The position numbers and the translations under genes were made by a program. From positions 7,543 to 71,542 of the forward strand of contig JBGQET010000008.1 of assembly GCA_041496545.1 (NCBI GenBank): DNA of 64,000 nucleotides. Reading direction: 5' to 3'. Numbering within the stretch: position 1 is the first letter of the stretch; every line of letters starts with the position of its first letter. The notes under the pieces are model-generated. The model was given only the letters and a program-made list of their open reading frames with translations. It made no database searches and was not told the origin of the DNA. This document shows, one piece after another, positions 17,788 through 27,830 of this stretch. This stretch comes from Candidatus Binatia bacterium (GTDB lineage: Bacteria; Desulfobacterota; Binatia; DP-6).

Positions 17788-18162
17788 GAACGAAGAATAT
17801 CCCGAACACGCAGACGACCGCGTCGAACGATCCCGCGACGCCTTCGAGGGTCTCGAGGTCGCCGACTCTGAACTCGACGTTGGCCAGTCTCTTGCGTTCG
17901 GCATTGCTTCGCGCCCGGGCCAGGAGGTTCTCGGCGAGGTCGATCCCGAGCACGCGACCGCTCGCTCCGACGCTTCGGCGGCGGGCAAAGCGGACGCCCC
18001 GGATCCGCAGCAGACGTCGAGAACGCGCCCCCCGACCGGAAGGGACAGGCGATCGACCGTGCGACGACCGAATCGAGTCCAGAACGAAAGGGCAGGTGCG
18101 TCGAAGCAGTCCGCCGCTGCGTTGTAGGTGGCGGCGGCGCGGCTCTGGGGGGTATCGACCAC
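17786..18162 (-). pseudogene. class I SAM-dependent methyltransferase remnant (frameshifted and 3'-truncated)
   Basis: Motif I is GGRVLDVCCGSGASALPAAEA. A 1-nt frame change is then needed to read VGASGRVLGIDLAENLLARARSNAERKRLANVEFRVGDLETLEGVAGSFDAVVCVFGIFFVP. Homology ends at the junction with msrP. Confidence 0.7.
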
Positions 18163-18190
18163 TGCCCTCTGAATGCCGACTACGTACTCA

Positions 18191-18457
18191 CTACGCAACG
18201 AGCCGGTGACCGGCCGACACGAGCGCCTGGCAGGCGGCTCGCAGTTGCGGCGTTTTGACGAGAATGTAATCGGTGTCGAAGGTGGCGACGGCGAAGAGGC
18301 CGATCCCCGCTGCGACGAGCGGTGACGCGAAGGAGGCGAGGACGCCGACCTGGGCGAGGGGAAGCTCGTCGCGGAACCGAGACAGGCTGTCGAGCATGGG
18401 ACCGGTCGCAATTGCGCGGGGAAGACGACGCGCCCAAGACAGATGCACGTCGAGCAC
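18191..18457 (-). CDS. ACT-like domain fragment (possibly 5'-truncated)
   Basis: GVLASFASPLVAAGIGLFAVATFDTDYILVKTPQLRAACQALVSAGH resembles the C-terminal ACT_7-type fold. There is no room for the usual N-terminal half before the next gene. Confidence 0.45.
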   Translation of the reverse strand: MLDVHLSWARRLPRAIATGPMLDSLSRFRDELPLAQVGVLASFASPLVAAGIGLFAVATFDTDYILVKTPQLRAACQALVSAGHRLVA

Positions 18458-18513
18458 CCATGCGCGGTATCCTTGGCGCGGGCGCTTACACCTGCGGTAG
18501 AGGTTCGGGCACC

Positions 18514-20316
18514 ATGCTCTTACGCCTCCGCCGGCTCCTCATCCGTGGGCTGAGCCATCCGCGGCTGCCTCTCGTCCTCGCCCTTCTCGCCGTGACCCTG
18601 GCCCTCCCGTCTCTCACGGTGGGCTGGCAGTTGGACGACCTCTCGCAGCGCGAGATCCTGCTCGGCCGGACCGAGGTCTCGCCGTGGGACATGTACTCGG
18701 TCCTGCGTGCGACGTCGCTGCGGCCGTACGTCGACTCGGGTGCCTTACCCTGGTGGACGTCGGAGCACTTTCGCCTCGCCTTCCTCCGCTTGCTGACCGT
18801 GGCCACCCACCGGCTGGACTATGCGCTGTGGCCGGATTCGGCGGCCCTCATGCACGCCCAGAGCCTGCTCTGGTTCGGTCTTCTGGTGGCCGCGGCGACC
18901 GTCCTCTACCGGCGGATGCTGGGCACCGGTTGGGTGGCCGGGCTCGCGGCCCTCGCCTATGCCGTGGACGACGCCCACGCCTGGCCCGCGGCATGGATCG
19001 CCAGCCGCAGCACCCTGCTGGCGACGTTCTTCGGTCTCCTCTGCCTCCTGGCCCACGACCGCTGGCGACGCGACGGCTGGCGCCCGGGCGCCTGGATGGG
19101 TCCCTTGGCACTGGCGCTCGCCCTCGCCTCCGGCGAATTCGCCGCCGCGACGCTGGCCTACCTCACAGGTCACGCTCTGTTCCTCGACCCGGCGCCCTGG
19201 CGGAGGCGGTTCGCCGGCTTCGCGCCCTACGCCGCGGTGACCGCCCTCTGGGCCTGCGTCTACAAGGTCGGCGGATTCGGGGTCAGCGGCTCGGGGCTCT
19301 ACATCGATCCCGGGGCGGGCCCGGCGCGGTTCGTCGCGGCGCTGGCGCGTCGGGCTCCCTTCGCGCTCCTCGGCCAGTGGACGGCGATGCCTGCCGACGC
19401 CGGGAGCTTCCTCGCGCCGCTCTTCCCGCCGGCCCTGGTGCTGTTCAGCTTCGGGTTCGTCGTTGTGATCATGCTTCTGCTCGTGCCGCTCGTGCGCCGG
19501 GACTCCGTGGCCCGCTTCTTCGCCGCCGGCATGCTCCTCTCGACCGTGCCCATCTCCAGCACGTTTCCGCAGAACCGGCAGCTGCTCTTCGTGGGCTTCG
19601 GCGCGATGGGGCTCCTTGCCCAGCTCGTTCAGGGTGCCTTCGCCGGGGCGCCGTGGGTGCCGGCGTCGCGGGGATGGCGGTACGCGGCCCGCGGGGTCGC
19701 CGGGTTGCTGCTGCCGGGGCACCTCGCGCTGGCGCCGCTGTCGTTCCCGCTCCAGGTCTCGATGGTGAAGACCCTCGGGTCTCCGACCGAAACGGCCGTG
19801 GCGAGCGTGCCCACGGATCCCGCCCTCGCCGACCAGGACCTCATCGTGGTGAACTCCCCTGACTACCTCTACCTGGTCAGCCCCATCCTGAACCTGCACC
19901 GGCTGGCCGGTCAGCCAGTTCCGCGGCACCTGCGGGCGCTGGCGACCGGTCCCTCACCCGTCGAGGTCACCCGCCGCGACGCGCAGAGCCTGGACGTACG
20001 TCTGGACCGAGGCCTCTTCACCGGCGTCCTGACGCTTCTCTACCGCGACGACGGGCATCCGCTCCGGCCCGGCGACACGATCAGCCTCACCGGCTTGATC
20101 ATCACGATCCTGGAGACCGGGCAGGACGGTTCCCCCACCCATATCCTGTACCGCTTCGACCGGCCGCTGGAGGACCCGACCCTGCGCTGGCTGCGCTGGC
20201 AGGACGGCGTCTACGTCCCCTTCACACCTCCCGCGGTGGGCGCGACCGTCCACCTCGCGCCGGCGGCCGGACCGTTCGATTTCGAGCGGCCGGGAGGAGG
20301 GAGCAGACGCGGCTGA
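18514..20316 (+). CDS. polytopic membrane protein with C-terminal soluble domain (function unknown, possibly GT-C-like)
   Basis: ATG at 18514. About 11 hydrophobic segments, with a DD in the first external loop (GWQLDDLSQRE) and a C-terminal ~170-aa non-membrane domain. Confidence 0.75.
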   Translation: MLLRLRRLLIRGLSHPRLPLVLALLAVTLALPSLTVGWQLDDLSQREILLGRTEVSPWDMYSVLRATSLRPYVDSGALPWWTSEHFRLAFLRLLTVATHRLDYALWPDSAALMHAQSLLWFGLLVAAATVLYRRMLGTGWVAGLAALAYAVDDAHAWPAAWIASRSTLLATFFGLLCLLAHDRWRRDGWRPGAWMGPLALALALASGEFAAATLAYLTGHALFLDPAPWRRRFAGFAPYAAVTALWACVYKVGGFGVSGSGLYIDPGAGPARFVAALARRAPFALLGQWTAMPADAGSFLAPLFPPALVLFSFGFVVVIMLLLVPLVRRDSVARFFAAGMLLSTVPISSTFPQNRQLLFVGFGAMGLLAQLVQGAFAGAPWVPASRGWRYAARGVAGLLLPGHLALAPLSFPLQVSMVKTLGSPTETAVASVPTDPALADQDLIVVNSPDYLYLVSPILNLHRLAGQPVPRHLRALATGPSPVEVTRRDAQSLDVRLDRGLFTGVLTLLYRDDGHPLRPGDTISLTGLIITILETGQDGSPTHILYRFDRPLEDPTLRWLRWQDGVYVPFTPPAVGATVHLAPAAGPFDFERPGGGSRRG

Positions 20317-20327
20317 CGAGACGCTCA

Positions 20328-20855
20328 GACGGCATCCGCGCCTTCTACTTCCGCGACCCGGACGGCCACCCGCTCGAGCTGATCTGGTTCCCGCCCGGCA
20401 AGGGCGACCCGCGCTGGCAGAAGCCGACCGACGACGTCTTCCTCGGCATCGACCACACCGCGATCGCGGTGGGCGACACGGCGAAGAGCCTCGCCTTCTA
20501 CCGCGACCGGCTCGGGCTCCGCGTCGCCGGCGAGAGCGAGAACTACGGGTCCGAGCAGGAGCGCTTGAACGCCGTCTTCGGCGCCCACCTGCACATCACG
20601 GGGCTGCGCGCCGCGGCGGGTCCCGGGATCGGGTTCCTCGAGTACCTCGCGCCGCGCGACGGCCGGCCGTTCCCCGCCGACGAGCGTGCGAACGACCTCG
20701 TCCACTGGCAGACTCGTCTGGTGACCCGTGACGCGGCGGTCGAGAAGCTCGGACAGGGACGCGCCGTCGCGGTGCCCGGCAAGGAGCTGGGCTTCGCGCG
20801 CGGGCTCGTGGTCCGCGACCCCGACGGCCACGCCCTCGAGATCGTGGAGCCATGA
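20328..20855 (+). pseudogene. 5'-truncated two-domain VOC (glyoxalase/dioxygenase) family gene
   Basis: In-frame codons DGIRAFYFRDPDGHPLELIWFP...GIDHTAIAV start right after the upstream gene's stop (20314-16), with no start codon until GTG 20469. The second VOC domain is intact, and its stop overlaps the GH63 start as ATGA. Confidence 0.65.
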
Positions 20856-23506
20856 CGACGGAACGCCGCGCGCCCGACGACGCCGAGACCGTCCGCCTCG
20901 CCGAGGACGCCGCCCGCACGCGCAACTGGAAGCGCTGGGGGCCCTACCTCTCCGAGCGGCAGTGGGGCACGGTCCGCGAGGACTACTCCGCGGACGGCAC
21001 CTGCTGGGAGTACCTCTCCCACGACCACGCGCGCAGTCGTGCCTACCGCTGGGGCGAGGACGGGCTCCTCGGCATCACCGACCGCGAGGGGCGTCTCTGC
21101 TTCGCGCTCGCGCTCTGGAACGAGAAGGACCCGATCCTGAAGGAGCGGCTCTTCGGTCTCACCGGGCCCCAGGGCAACCACGGCGAGGACGTGAAGGAGT
21201 GCTACTTCTACCTGGACGCAACGCCGACGCACTCGTACCTGAAGGGGCTCTACAAGTATCCGCAGCGGGAGTACCCGTACGCGCGGCTGGTCGAGGAGAA
21301 CGGCCGACGCGGCAAGGGCGACTCCGAGTTCGAGCTCGTGGACACCGGCGTGTTCGACGACGGCCGCTACTTCGACGTCACCGCCGAGTACGCGAAGGCG
21401 TCGCCCGACGACGTCCTCGTGCGTGTCACGGTCGCCAACCGCGGCCCGGAGGCGGCGCCGCTCCACGTCCTGCCGACGCTCTGGTTCCGCAACACCTGGT
21501 CGTGGGGCCGGACGGGGGAGGGCTACTGGCCGCGGCCGCGCCTGGCGCGCGCGGGCGACGCGGCGCTGGTCGCCGAGCACGCCTCGCTCGGTCGCTACCG
21601 GGTGGTCGCCGACGGAGCGCCCGAGCTGCTCTTCACCGACAACGAGACGAACGCCGCGCGGCTCTTCGGAGCGCCGAACGCCGGCGCGTGGGTGAAGGAT
21701 GCCTTCCACGAGCGCGTCGTCCACGGCCGCACCGAGGCGGTGAACCCGGCCGGCGAGGGCACCAAGGCCGCGTTCCACTACCGGGTCGAGATCCCCGCCG
21801 GCGCCGCGCTGACGTTCCGGCTGCGCCTCACCGCCGAAGCGGCCCCCGGCGGGCCGCCCGCGGGGCGCGAAGCCGACCGCGTCTTCGCCGACCGCTTGCG
21901 CGAGGCGAACGCCTTCTACGCGCGCCACATCCCGGCGACGCTCGGCGAGGGCGAGCAGGCCGTCGTGCGACAGGCGTACGCGGGGCTCCTCTGGTCGAAG
22001 CAGTTCTACCACTACGTCGTGAAGGACTGGCTCGCCGGCGACCCGGCGCAGCCGCCGCCGCCGGCCGGCCGGGCGACGGGGCGGAACGCCGACTGGCGGC
22101 ACCTCTACAACCGCGACGTCATCTCGAAGCCCGACAAGTGGGAGTACCCCTGGTACGCGCTCTGGGATCTCGCCTTCCACATGATCCCCTTCGCCGAGGT
22201 GGACCCCGACTTCGCCAAGCAGCAGCTCGTCCTCTTCACGCGCGAGTGGTACATGCACCCGAACGGGCAGCTCCCGGCGTACGAGTTCGCGTTCGGCGAC
22301 GTGAACCCGCCGGTGCACGCTTGGGCCGCGTGGCGCGTCTACAAGATGACGGGCCCGCGCGGCGGGCGCGACCGCGTCTTCCTCTCCCGCATCTTCCAGA
22401 AGCTCTGCCTCAACTTCACCTGGTGGGTGAACCGCAAGGACGCGGAGGGGAACAACCTCTTCGGCGGCGGCTTCCTCGGTCTCGACAACATCGGCGTCTT
22501 CGACCGCTCGCGCCCGCTGCCCGGGGGCGCCGCGCTCGAGCAAGCCGACGGCACCGGATGGATGGCCTTCTACTGCATCACGATGCTCGAGATGGCGCTC
22601 GAGCTGGCCCGCTACAACCCGGCCTGCGAGGACATGGCGTCCAAGTTCTTCGAGCACTTCGTCGCCATCGTCGACGCCATGAACGGCTTCGGGGGGACGG
22701 GACTCTGGTGCCCGGAGGACGGCTTCTACTACGACCAGCTGCTGAGCAACGGGCGCTCGATCCCGCTCCGCGTGCGCTCGCTGGTCGGCCTCTTGCCGCT
22801 GCTCGCCTGCACCGTGCTCGACGAAGACGTGCTCGACCGCTTCCCGAGCTTCGCCAAGCGCGTCCGGTGGCTGCTCGAGAACCGCCCGGACCTGGCGCGC
22901 GCGATCTCGTGGACGGGGACCGACCGCGGTCGCCGCCTCCTGGCGCTCCCCTCGCGCGAGCGGCTCGAGCGCGTGCTCCGCTACATGCTCGACGAGAACG
23001 AGTTCCTCTCGCCGCACGGCCTCCGCTCGCTGTCGCAGGTCCACCGCGAGCACCCGTTCGTACTCCGGCTCGACGGCCAGGAGTTCGACGTCCACTACAC
23101 GCCCGCCGAGTCCGACACCGGGCTCTTCGGCGGCAACTCGAACTGGCGCGGCCCGGTCTGGTTCCCGGTGAACTACCTGCTGGTCGAGGCGCTCGAGCGC
23201 TACCACCATTTCTACGGCGACTCCTTTCGCGTCGAGTGCCCGACCGGCTCGGGGACGATGCTGACGCTCGCCGAGGTGGCGCGCGAGCTGTCGCGCCGCC
23301 TCGCGGGGCTCTTCGTCCCGGGGCCGGACGGCAACCGCCCGTGCCACGGACGCGACCCGCGCTTCGCCACCGACCCGCACTGGCGCGACCTGCTGCTCTT
23401 CCACGAGTACTTCTGCGGCGACAGCGGGCGCGGCCTCGGCGCCAGCCACCAGACGGGATGGACGGCGCTCGCCATCCGCTGCTTCGAGAACCTGGCAGCC
23501 GGGTAG
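20852..23506 (+). CDS. GH63-like glucosidase (MGH1-like glycoside hydrolase)
   Basis: [44 protein letters not shown] and [17 protein letters not shown] are hallmarks of bacterial GH63-like enzymes of about 880 aa. Confidence 0.85.
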   Translation: MTTERRAPDDAETVRLAEDAARTRNWKRWGPYLSERQWGTVREDYSADGTCWEYLSHDHARSRAYRWGEDGLLGITDREGRLCFALALWNEKDPILKERLFGLTGPQGNHGEDVKECYFYLDATPTHSYLKGLYKYPQREYPYARLVEENGRRGKGDSEFELVDTGVFDDGRYFDVTAEYAKASPDDVLVRVTVANRGPEAAPLHVLPTLWFRNTWSWGRTGEGYWPRPRLARAGDAALVAEHASLGRYRVVADGAPELLFTDNETNAARLFGAPNAGAWVKDAFHERVVHGRTEAVNPAGEGTKAAFHYRVEIPAGAALTFRLRLTAEAAPGGPPAGREADRVFADRLREANAFYARHIPATLGEGEQAVVRQAYAGLLWSKQFYHYVVKDWLAGDPAQPPPPAGRATGRNADWRHLYNRDVISKPDKWEYPWYALWDLAFHMIPFAEVDPDFAKQQLVLFTREWYMHPNGQLPAYEFAFGDVNPPVHAWAAWRVYKMTGPRGGRDRVFLSRIFQKLCLNFTWWVNRKDAEGNNLFGGGFLGLDNIGVFDRSRPLPGGAALEQADGTGWMAFYCITMLEMALELARYNPACEDMASKFFEHFVAIVDAMNGFGGTGLWCPEDGFYYDQLLSNGRSIPLRVRSLVGLLPLLACTVLDEDVLDRFPSFAKRVRWLLENRPDLARAISWTGTDRGRRLLALPSRERLERVLRYMLDENEFLSPHGLRSLSQVHREHPFVLRLDGQEFDVHYTPAESDTGLFGGNSNWRGPVWFPVNYLLVEALERYHHFYGDSFRVECPTGSGTMLTLAEVARELSRRLAGLFVPGPDGNRPCHGRDPRFATDPHWRDLLLFHEYFCGDSGRGLGASHQTGWTALAIRCFENLAAG

Positions 23507-23589
23507 GCACGATGGCGCCGCAAGCTGAGCGCCGCCGACTGCAAGGAGAAGGGCGGCACCGTCGCCCCCGAGAAGAAGTAGCGGCTCGA

Positions 23590-23618
23590 GCGGCGGGTCC
23601 CTCCACGGGACCCGCCGC
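23590..23618. terminator. bidirectional stem-loop between convergent genes
   Basis: Perfect 12-bp stem GCGGCGGGTCCC / GGGACCCGCCGC with a 5-nt loop TCCAC. Confidence 0.6.
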
Positions 23619-23619
23619 T

Positions 23620-24252
23620 TCACCGCTTCGCGAGCAGCGCCTGCACGACGGGCGCCAGCGCCGCGCCGAGCGCGCCGTGCGCCGCTTCGTCGAGGTGGAC
23701 GCCGTCCACGGCGCTCGCCGCGATCACCCCGCCCGCGTCGAAGCACTCGCACCCTTTCTCGGTCGCCACGGCACGCTGGCGGGCCGCGAATTCGCGCGAC
23801 CACGCCACGCCGTCGCCGAACTTCGTCTCGGCGTCGTCGTGCGACCCGAGCGGCGGCGGCGCGACGAGCAGGATCGCCGGCGGCGTGCCGCCGCCCTCGA
23901 GCGGCGTGCGGCGGATCGCGTCTACCAGCGCGGCGGTGCCGAGCGCCGACTCGCGCGCCGTCAGGCCCTGGAGCCGCTGCAGGTCGTTCACGCCGAGCAT
24001 CACGGCGACGACGTCGAGCGGGGCGTGCGACTCGAGCAGCATGGGCAGCACGGCGAGGCCGTTGCGGCCGGGCAGGACGGGGTTGTCGAAGGCCGTCGTG
24101 CGGCCGTTCAGGTGCTCCTCGACCACGCGCGTCGAGGGCCCGAGCAGCCCCTCCAGCACGCCCGCCCAGCGTCGCGCGAAGGGCCAGCGGTTCCGCGTCC
24201 CGGGGACGATGCCCCAGGAGAGCGAGTCGCCGTAGACGAGGACGGTGTGCAT
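23620..24252 (-). CDS. SGNH/GDSL hydrolase (arylesterase-like)
   Basis: Block I VLVYGDSLSWG, block III MLGVNDL, and block V DGVHLDEAAH. Confidence 0.85.
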   Translation of the reverse strand: MHTVLVYGDSLSWGIVPGTRNRWPFARRWAGVLEGLLGPSTRVVEEHLNGRTTAFDNPVLPGRNGLAVLPMLLESHAPLDVVAVMLGVNDLQRLQGLTARESALGTAALVDAIRRTPLEGGGTPPAILLVAPPPLGSHDDAETKFGDGVAWSREFAARQRAVATEKGCECFDAGGVIAASAVDGVHLDEAAHGALGAALAPVVQALLAKR

Positions 24253-24344
24253 GGGCGCGTCGTCTATCACACGCGCGACGCGGGAGCGGCGGGGCCGACT
24301 CGCCGACCGTGGAGCGGTCGCACGACGCGCTCCGCCCCGCGCGC

Positions 24345-24386
24345 GCCGCCTGATCGGCGCCGCCCGATCGGCGCCGCCTGATCGGA
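24345..24386. repeat. three tandem copies of a 14-bp unit GCCGCC(T/C)GATCGG(C/A)
   Basis: Copies at 24345-58, 24359-72 and 24373-86, directly abutting a TTGACA hexamer (24387-92) upstream of the LolA-like gene. Confidence 0.8.
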
Positions 24387-24423
24387 TTGACAGGCGACGC
24401 GGCGGCGTGGTGAGCATGGCGCC

Positions 24424-25212
24424 ATGCGTACGCCGATCGCGCTCCTCGTCACCCTCCTCGCCGCCGGCACCGCCGCCGCGCTCACCGGCCGCGAGGTGAT
24501 GGACGCCGCGCAGCACAAGCACGGCTTCTCGCGCTGGAAGGACCGCATCAGCGAGATCACGATGGAGAGCTACACGAAGGACACCGTGGTCAGGACGCGC
24601 GACGCGACGGTGACCGAGCAGACGGACCCGCGCGGCGAGCACCGGACGTTCATGGAGTTCACGGGGCCCGCCGACGTGAGCGGCACGCTCTTCCTCCACC
24701 TCTCGCCGCGGGGCGCGACCGACCAGCAGTGGCTCTGGACGCCGGTCACGCGGCGCGCCCGCCGCCTGCCGGACGCCTCGCGCGACGAGAACTTCATGGG
24801 CACCGATCTGAGCTACCGCGACCTCGAGCTGATCGTCCGCATCCAGCAGTGGACCGACGACGAAGCGACCGCCACGCTCGACGCCGACGAGACGGTCGAC
24901 GGCCATCCGAGCCGCGTCGTCACGCTGGTGCCGAAGAACAAGGAGTTCCCGTACTCGCGCTACCGCCTCTGGTTCGGCGCCGACGACTCGTTCCTCTGGC
25001 GGGTCGAGATCACCGACCTCGAGGGCCGGCCCTTCAAGCGCGTCGCGCTCCGCCGCTACGAGCGGATCCAGGACTACGCCACCGCGCGCGAAGCCGAGGT
25101 CGCCAACCTCCAGTACGGCACCCACACGATCTACACGCTCGGCAAGGTGACGTACGACACCGACGTGTCGCCCGACCTGTTCAGCGTGGCGAGCGTCCAG
25201 AAGGGGCGGTAG
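24424..25212 (+). CDS. LolA-like outer-membrane lipoprotein-sorting family protein
   Basis: A signal peptide is present. RTFMEFTGPADVSGTLFL...WLWTPVTRRARRL...FMGTDLSYRDLE is typical of the LolA_like family usually paired with large FtsX-type permeases. Confidence 0.75.
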   Translation: MRTPIALLVTLLAAGTAAALTGREVMDAAQHKHGFSRWKDRISEITMESYTKDTVVRTRDATVTEQTDPRGEHRTFMEFTGPADVSGTLFLHLSPRGATDQQWLWTPVTRRARRLPDASRDENFMGTDLSYRDLELIVRIQQWTDDEATATLDADETVDGHPSRVVTLVPKNKEFPYSRYRLWFGADDSFLWRVEITDLEGRPFKRVALRRYERIQDYATAREAEVANLQYGTHTIYTLGKVTYDTDVSPDLFSVASVQKGR

Positions 25213-25217
25213 TCGCT

Positions 25218-27779
25218 TCAGCCATCGCGGAGCGCTTCCAGAATGGGGAGGCGCGCGATGCGTCGCGCCGGCAGGAGGCCCGCGACGACGCTCACGCCCA
25301 CCGCTGCCAGGGCCACCGCGGGCAGACTTCCCGCGGCGACGTGCAGGTCGATCTCCCAGCCGAGCTGGTAGGTGAAGTTGACGCGCACCCAGACCACGGC
25401 GAGGACCACGCCGACCAGCACGCCGCCCGCGAGACCGAGGAGGCCGACGCCCGCCGACTCGAGGACGACGCTCCGCGCGACCTGCCCGCGCGTCGCGCCG
25501 GCGGCGCGCAGGAGCGCCAGCTCGCGGCGGCGGTCGAGCGCGGCGGCGAGGAGCGCTTCGGCGAGGCCGAGCGCCGCGACGACGAGCGGGAGGATCTCCA
25601 GCGCCTTGGTGAGCCGGAACGCCCGCCGCACGGCGTCCTGGTGATAGTCGTACAGCTCGCGCTGGGTGAGGACCTTGAGGCCCTCGGCCGCACCCACGCC
25701 GTCCGCGATCGCGCGCCGCACCCGCTCGACCGACGCGTCGGGCGCGAGCGTCAGGTGGAAGCGGGTGACGCCGCGATCGTGCCACCGGCGCTGGTACGCG
25801 TCGCGCGTCAGGATGACGCTGCCGCGCGGCGACACGTAGTCCACCACGACGCCCGCGACGCGCGGCGCCCACGCGCCGGCGGGCGTGTCGAGGTGGAGCG
25901 TCGCGCCGACGCTCACCGCGAAGTGGCGCGCGAAGTTCTGCGACACCAGGACGCCCGACCCGTCGCGCACCGCCGCGAGCGCCGCGCCCGGGTCGCCGGC
26001 GGCGAAGGCGAAGTCCTCGCGCCGCTCGGGGGCGAAGGCGCCGGCGTCGAGCGAGTCGACGCTGATGCGCGCGCCGGCGTAGGCGTGCTCGGCGAGCCGC
26101 ACGCGCTCCACGCGCGCCACGCCGGGCAGCGCGGCGAGCGCGTCGCCGAGCCGCTCGTCGACCGGCGCCTCGACCCAGCCCGTCGTCGCCGTGGAAGCGA
26201 CGACGAGGTCGGCGCGCACCTGGCGGCGGATGAAGTCGAGCACCGAGGTCTCGAAGCTCCGCGCCAGCGTCGCGGCCATGATCATGAGCCCGAGCGCGAG
26301 GGCGAGCACGCCGGCGGCGAGCGCGAGGGGATCCGGGATCGCCGCCAGGCGGTCGACCGCGAGCCGGCCCGCGAAGCCGAGGCCCGGGCGCGCCGGCGCC
26401 AGGACCAGCCGCGCGAGCGCACCCGCGCCGCGCATGACGAAGCAGACGAGCGCGCCGTCGAGCGCGAGCGCCGCCACGTTCCCGGCGACCGGTGACTGGA
26501 AGCGCGTCTCCGCCCACAGCGCGGCCGCCGCGAGCGCCGTTCCCGCGACCCCGAGCACGAGGATCGACCGGCGGCGGGCGACGGGCGCCGGCTCGACGCG
26601 CACCGCCGCGAGCGGCCCGACGCGAGCCGCGGCGCGCGCCGGGAGCCAGCCGGCGACGAGCGTTGCGCCGAGACCGGCGGCGAGCCCGAGCGCGATCGTG
26701 TCCGCGCCGAGCGCGATCGGGCCGCGGAACATGGTCATCGAGTAGATGAGCGCGGCGGACTCGGCGACGCTGCCGATCAAGAGGCGGGCGAGCAGCACGC
26801 CGAGCGGGAGGCCGAGCGTGCTGCCGACCAGCCCGACCATCGCCGCCTCGGCGAGGAAGAGCCGCGCCACGTCGCGCCGCCGCCCGCCGACGCAGCGCAG
26901 GAGCCCGATCTCGCGCCGGCGCGCGGCCACCGCCGTGGCGGCGGCGCTGGCGACGAGGAAGATGCCGGCGAGGAGTGCCAAGCCCGAGATGCCGGAGAGG
27001 AGCGTCGCGAAGGAGGCGAGGTAGCGCTCGATCTGCTCCCCGCGGCGGGCGGACGGCACGGCCTCGAGCCCCGGGTCGAGCACGGCGTTCACGCGACCGA
27101 TCGCCTCGTCCACCGAGACGCCGGGGCCGAGCGTCACGTCCACCTGGTCGATCGTGCCCTCGCGCCCGAGCACGGCTTCGGCCCCCATCACGTCCATCAC
27201 GAGGAGGTTGCCGCCGAAGGCGCGCCCGACCCCGGCCGGCGGCAGGAGCCCGCGGACGGTGAAGGTCTCGATGCCGGCGGGCGTGCGGAGCCGGATGTGC
27301 GCGCCGCGTCCGACCCCGGCGCGCGCGGCGAAGGCGTCGGTCAGGATGACGCTCCGCGGATCGACGAGGAAGCCGAGCGCGTCGTCCACCACCGGGCCGC
27401 TCGTCTCGACCAGGTGGAGCGTGCGGATGGCGTGGGCGTCGGTCACGTCGGCCGCGAACACGGCGAGGGCCTCGCCGCCGACGGGCGGGTCGACGGCGAA
27501 GAAGCTCGTGGTGATGACGGGCACCGCGTGGTCGACGCCGGGCACGGCGGCGACGCGCTCCGCGACCGCCTCGGGGAACGGCCCCGCGCCGCGCACCTGC
27601 ACCGCCGCCGCGCCGGCGAGGTCCTCCATCGCGCTGGTGAAGGAGGCGAGCGTGCTCGCGTTGACGACGCGGATGGCGACGATGAACGCGACCCCCGAGG
27701 CGACCGCGGCGACGGTCAGGGTCGCGCGCACCCCGCGCGCGACGAGCTGGCGGCGACCGAGGAGGAGGACGGCACCCAC
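25218..27779 (-). CDS. ABC transporter permease with two FtsX domains (MacB/YbbP-like)
   Basis: 853 aa with two repeats of TM, large periplasmic domain and 3 TM. It contains RRREIGLLRCVGGRRRDV and RRRELALLRAAGATRGQV FtsX signatures. Confidence 0.85.
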   Translation of the reverse strand: MGAVLLLGRRQLVARGVRATLTVAAVASGVAFIVAIRVVNASTLASFTSAMEDLAGAAAVQVRGAGPFPEAVAERVAAVPGVDHAVPVITTSFFAVDPPVGGEALAVFAADVTDAHAIRTLHLVETSGPVVDDALGFLVDPRSVILTDAFAARAGVGRGAHIRLRTPAGIETFTVRGLLPPAGVGRAFGGNLLVMDVMGAEAVLGREGTIDQVDVTLGPGVSVDEAIGRVNAVLDPGLEAVPSARRGEQIERYLASFATLLSGISGLALLAGIFLVASAAATAVAARRREIGLLRCVGGRRRDVARLFLAEAAMVGLVGSTLGLPLGVLLARLLIGSVAESAALIYSMTMFRGPIALGADTIALGLAAGLGATLVAGWLPARAAARVGPLAAVRVEPAPVARRRSILVLGVAGTALAAAALWAETRFQSPVAGNVAALALDGALVCFVMRGAGALARLVLAPARPGLGFAGRLAVDRLAAIPDPLALAAGVLALALGLMIMAATLARSFETSVLDFIRRQVRADLVVASTATTGWVEAPVDERLGDALAALPGVARVERVRLAEHAYAGARISVDSLDAGAFAPERREDFAFAAGDPGAALAAVRDGSGVLVSQNFARHFAVSVGATLHLDTPAGAWAPRVAGVVVDYVSPRGSVILTRDAYQRRWHDRGVTRFHLTLAPDASVERVRRAIADGVGAAEGLKVLTQRELYDYHQDAVRRAFRLTKALEILPLVVAALGLAEALLAAALDRRRELALLRAAGATRGQVARSVVLESAGVGLLGLAGGVLVGVVLAVVWVRVNFTYQLGWEIDLHVAAGSLPAVALAAVGVSVVAGLLPARRIARLPILEALRDG

Positions 27780-27830
27780 GGGGGCACGACTATCGCGTGT
27801 GCCCCGGCGCGCGCCAGCGCGCTCAGCGCG

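Noticed and set aside
23507-23581. Possible stop-codon readthrough peptide after GH63 (in-frame ARWRRKLSAADCKEKGGTVAPEKK following the TAG)
   Set aside because: It is short, has no start codon, and has no supporting context. It is probably chance in the terminator-proximal sequence.
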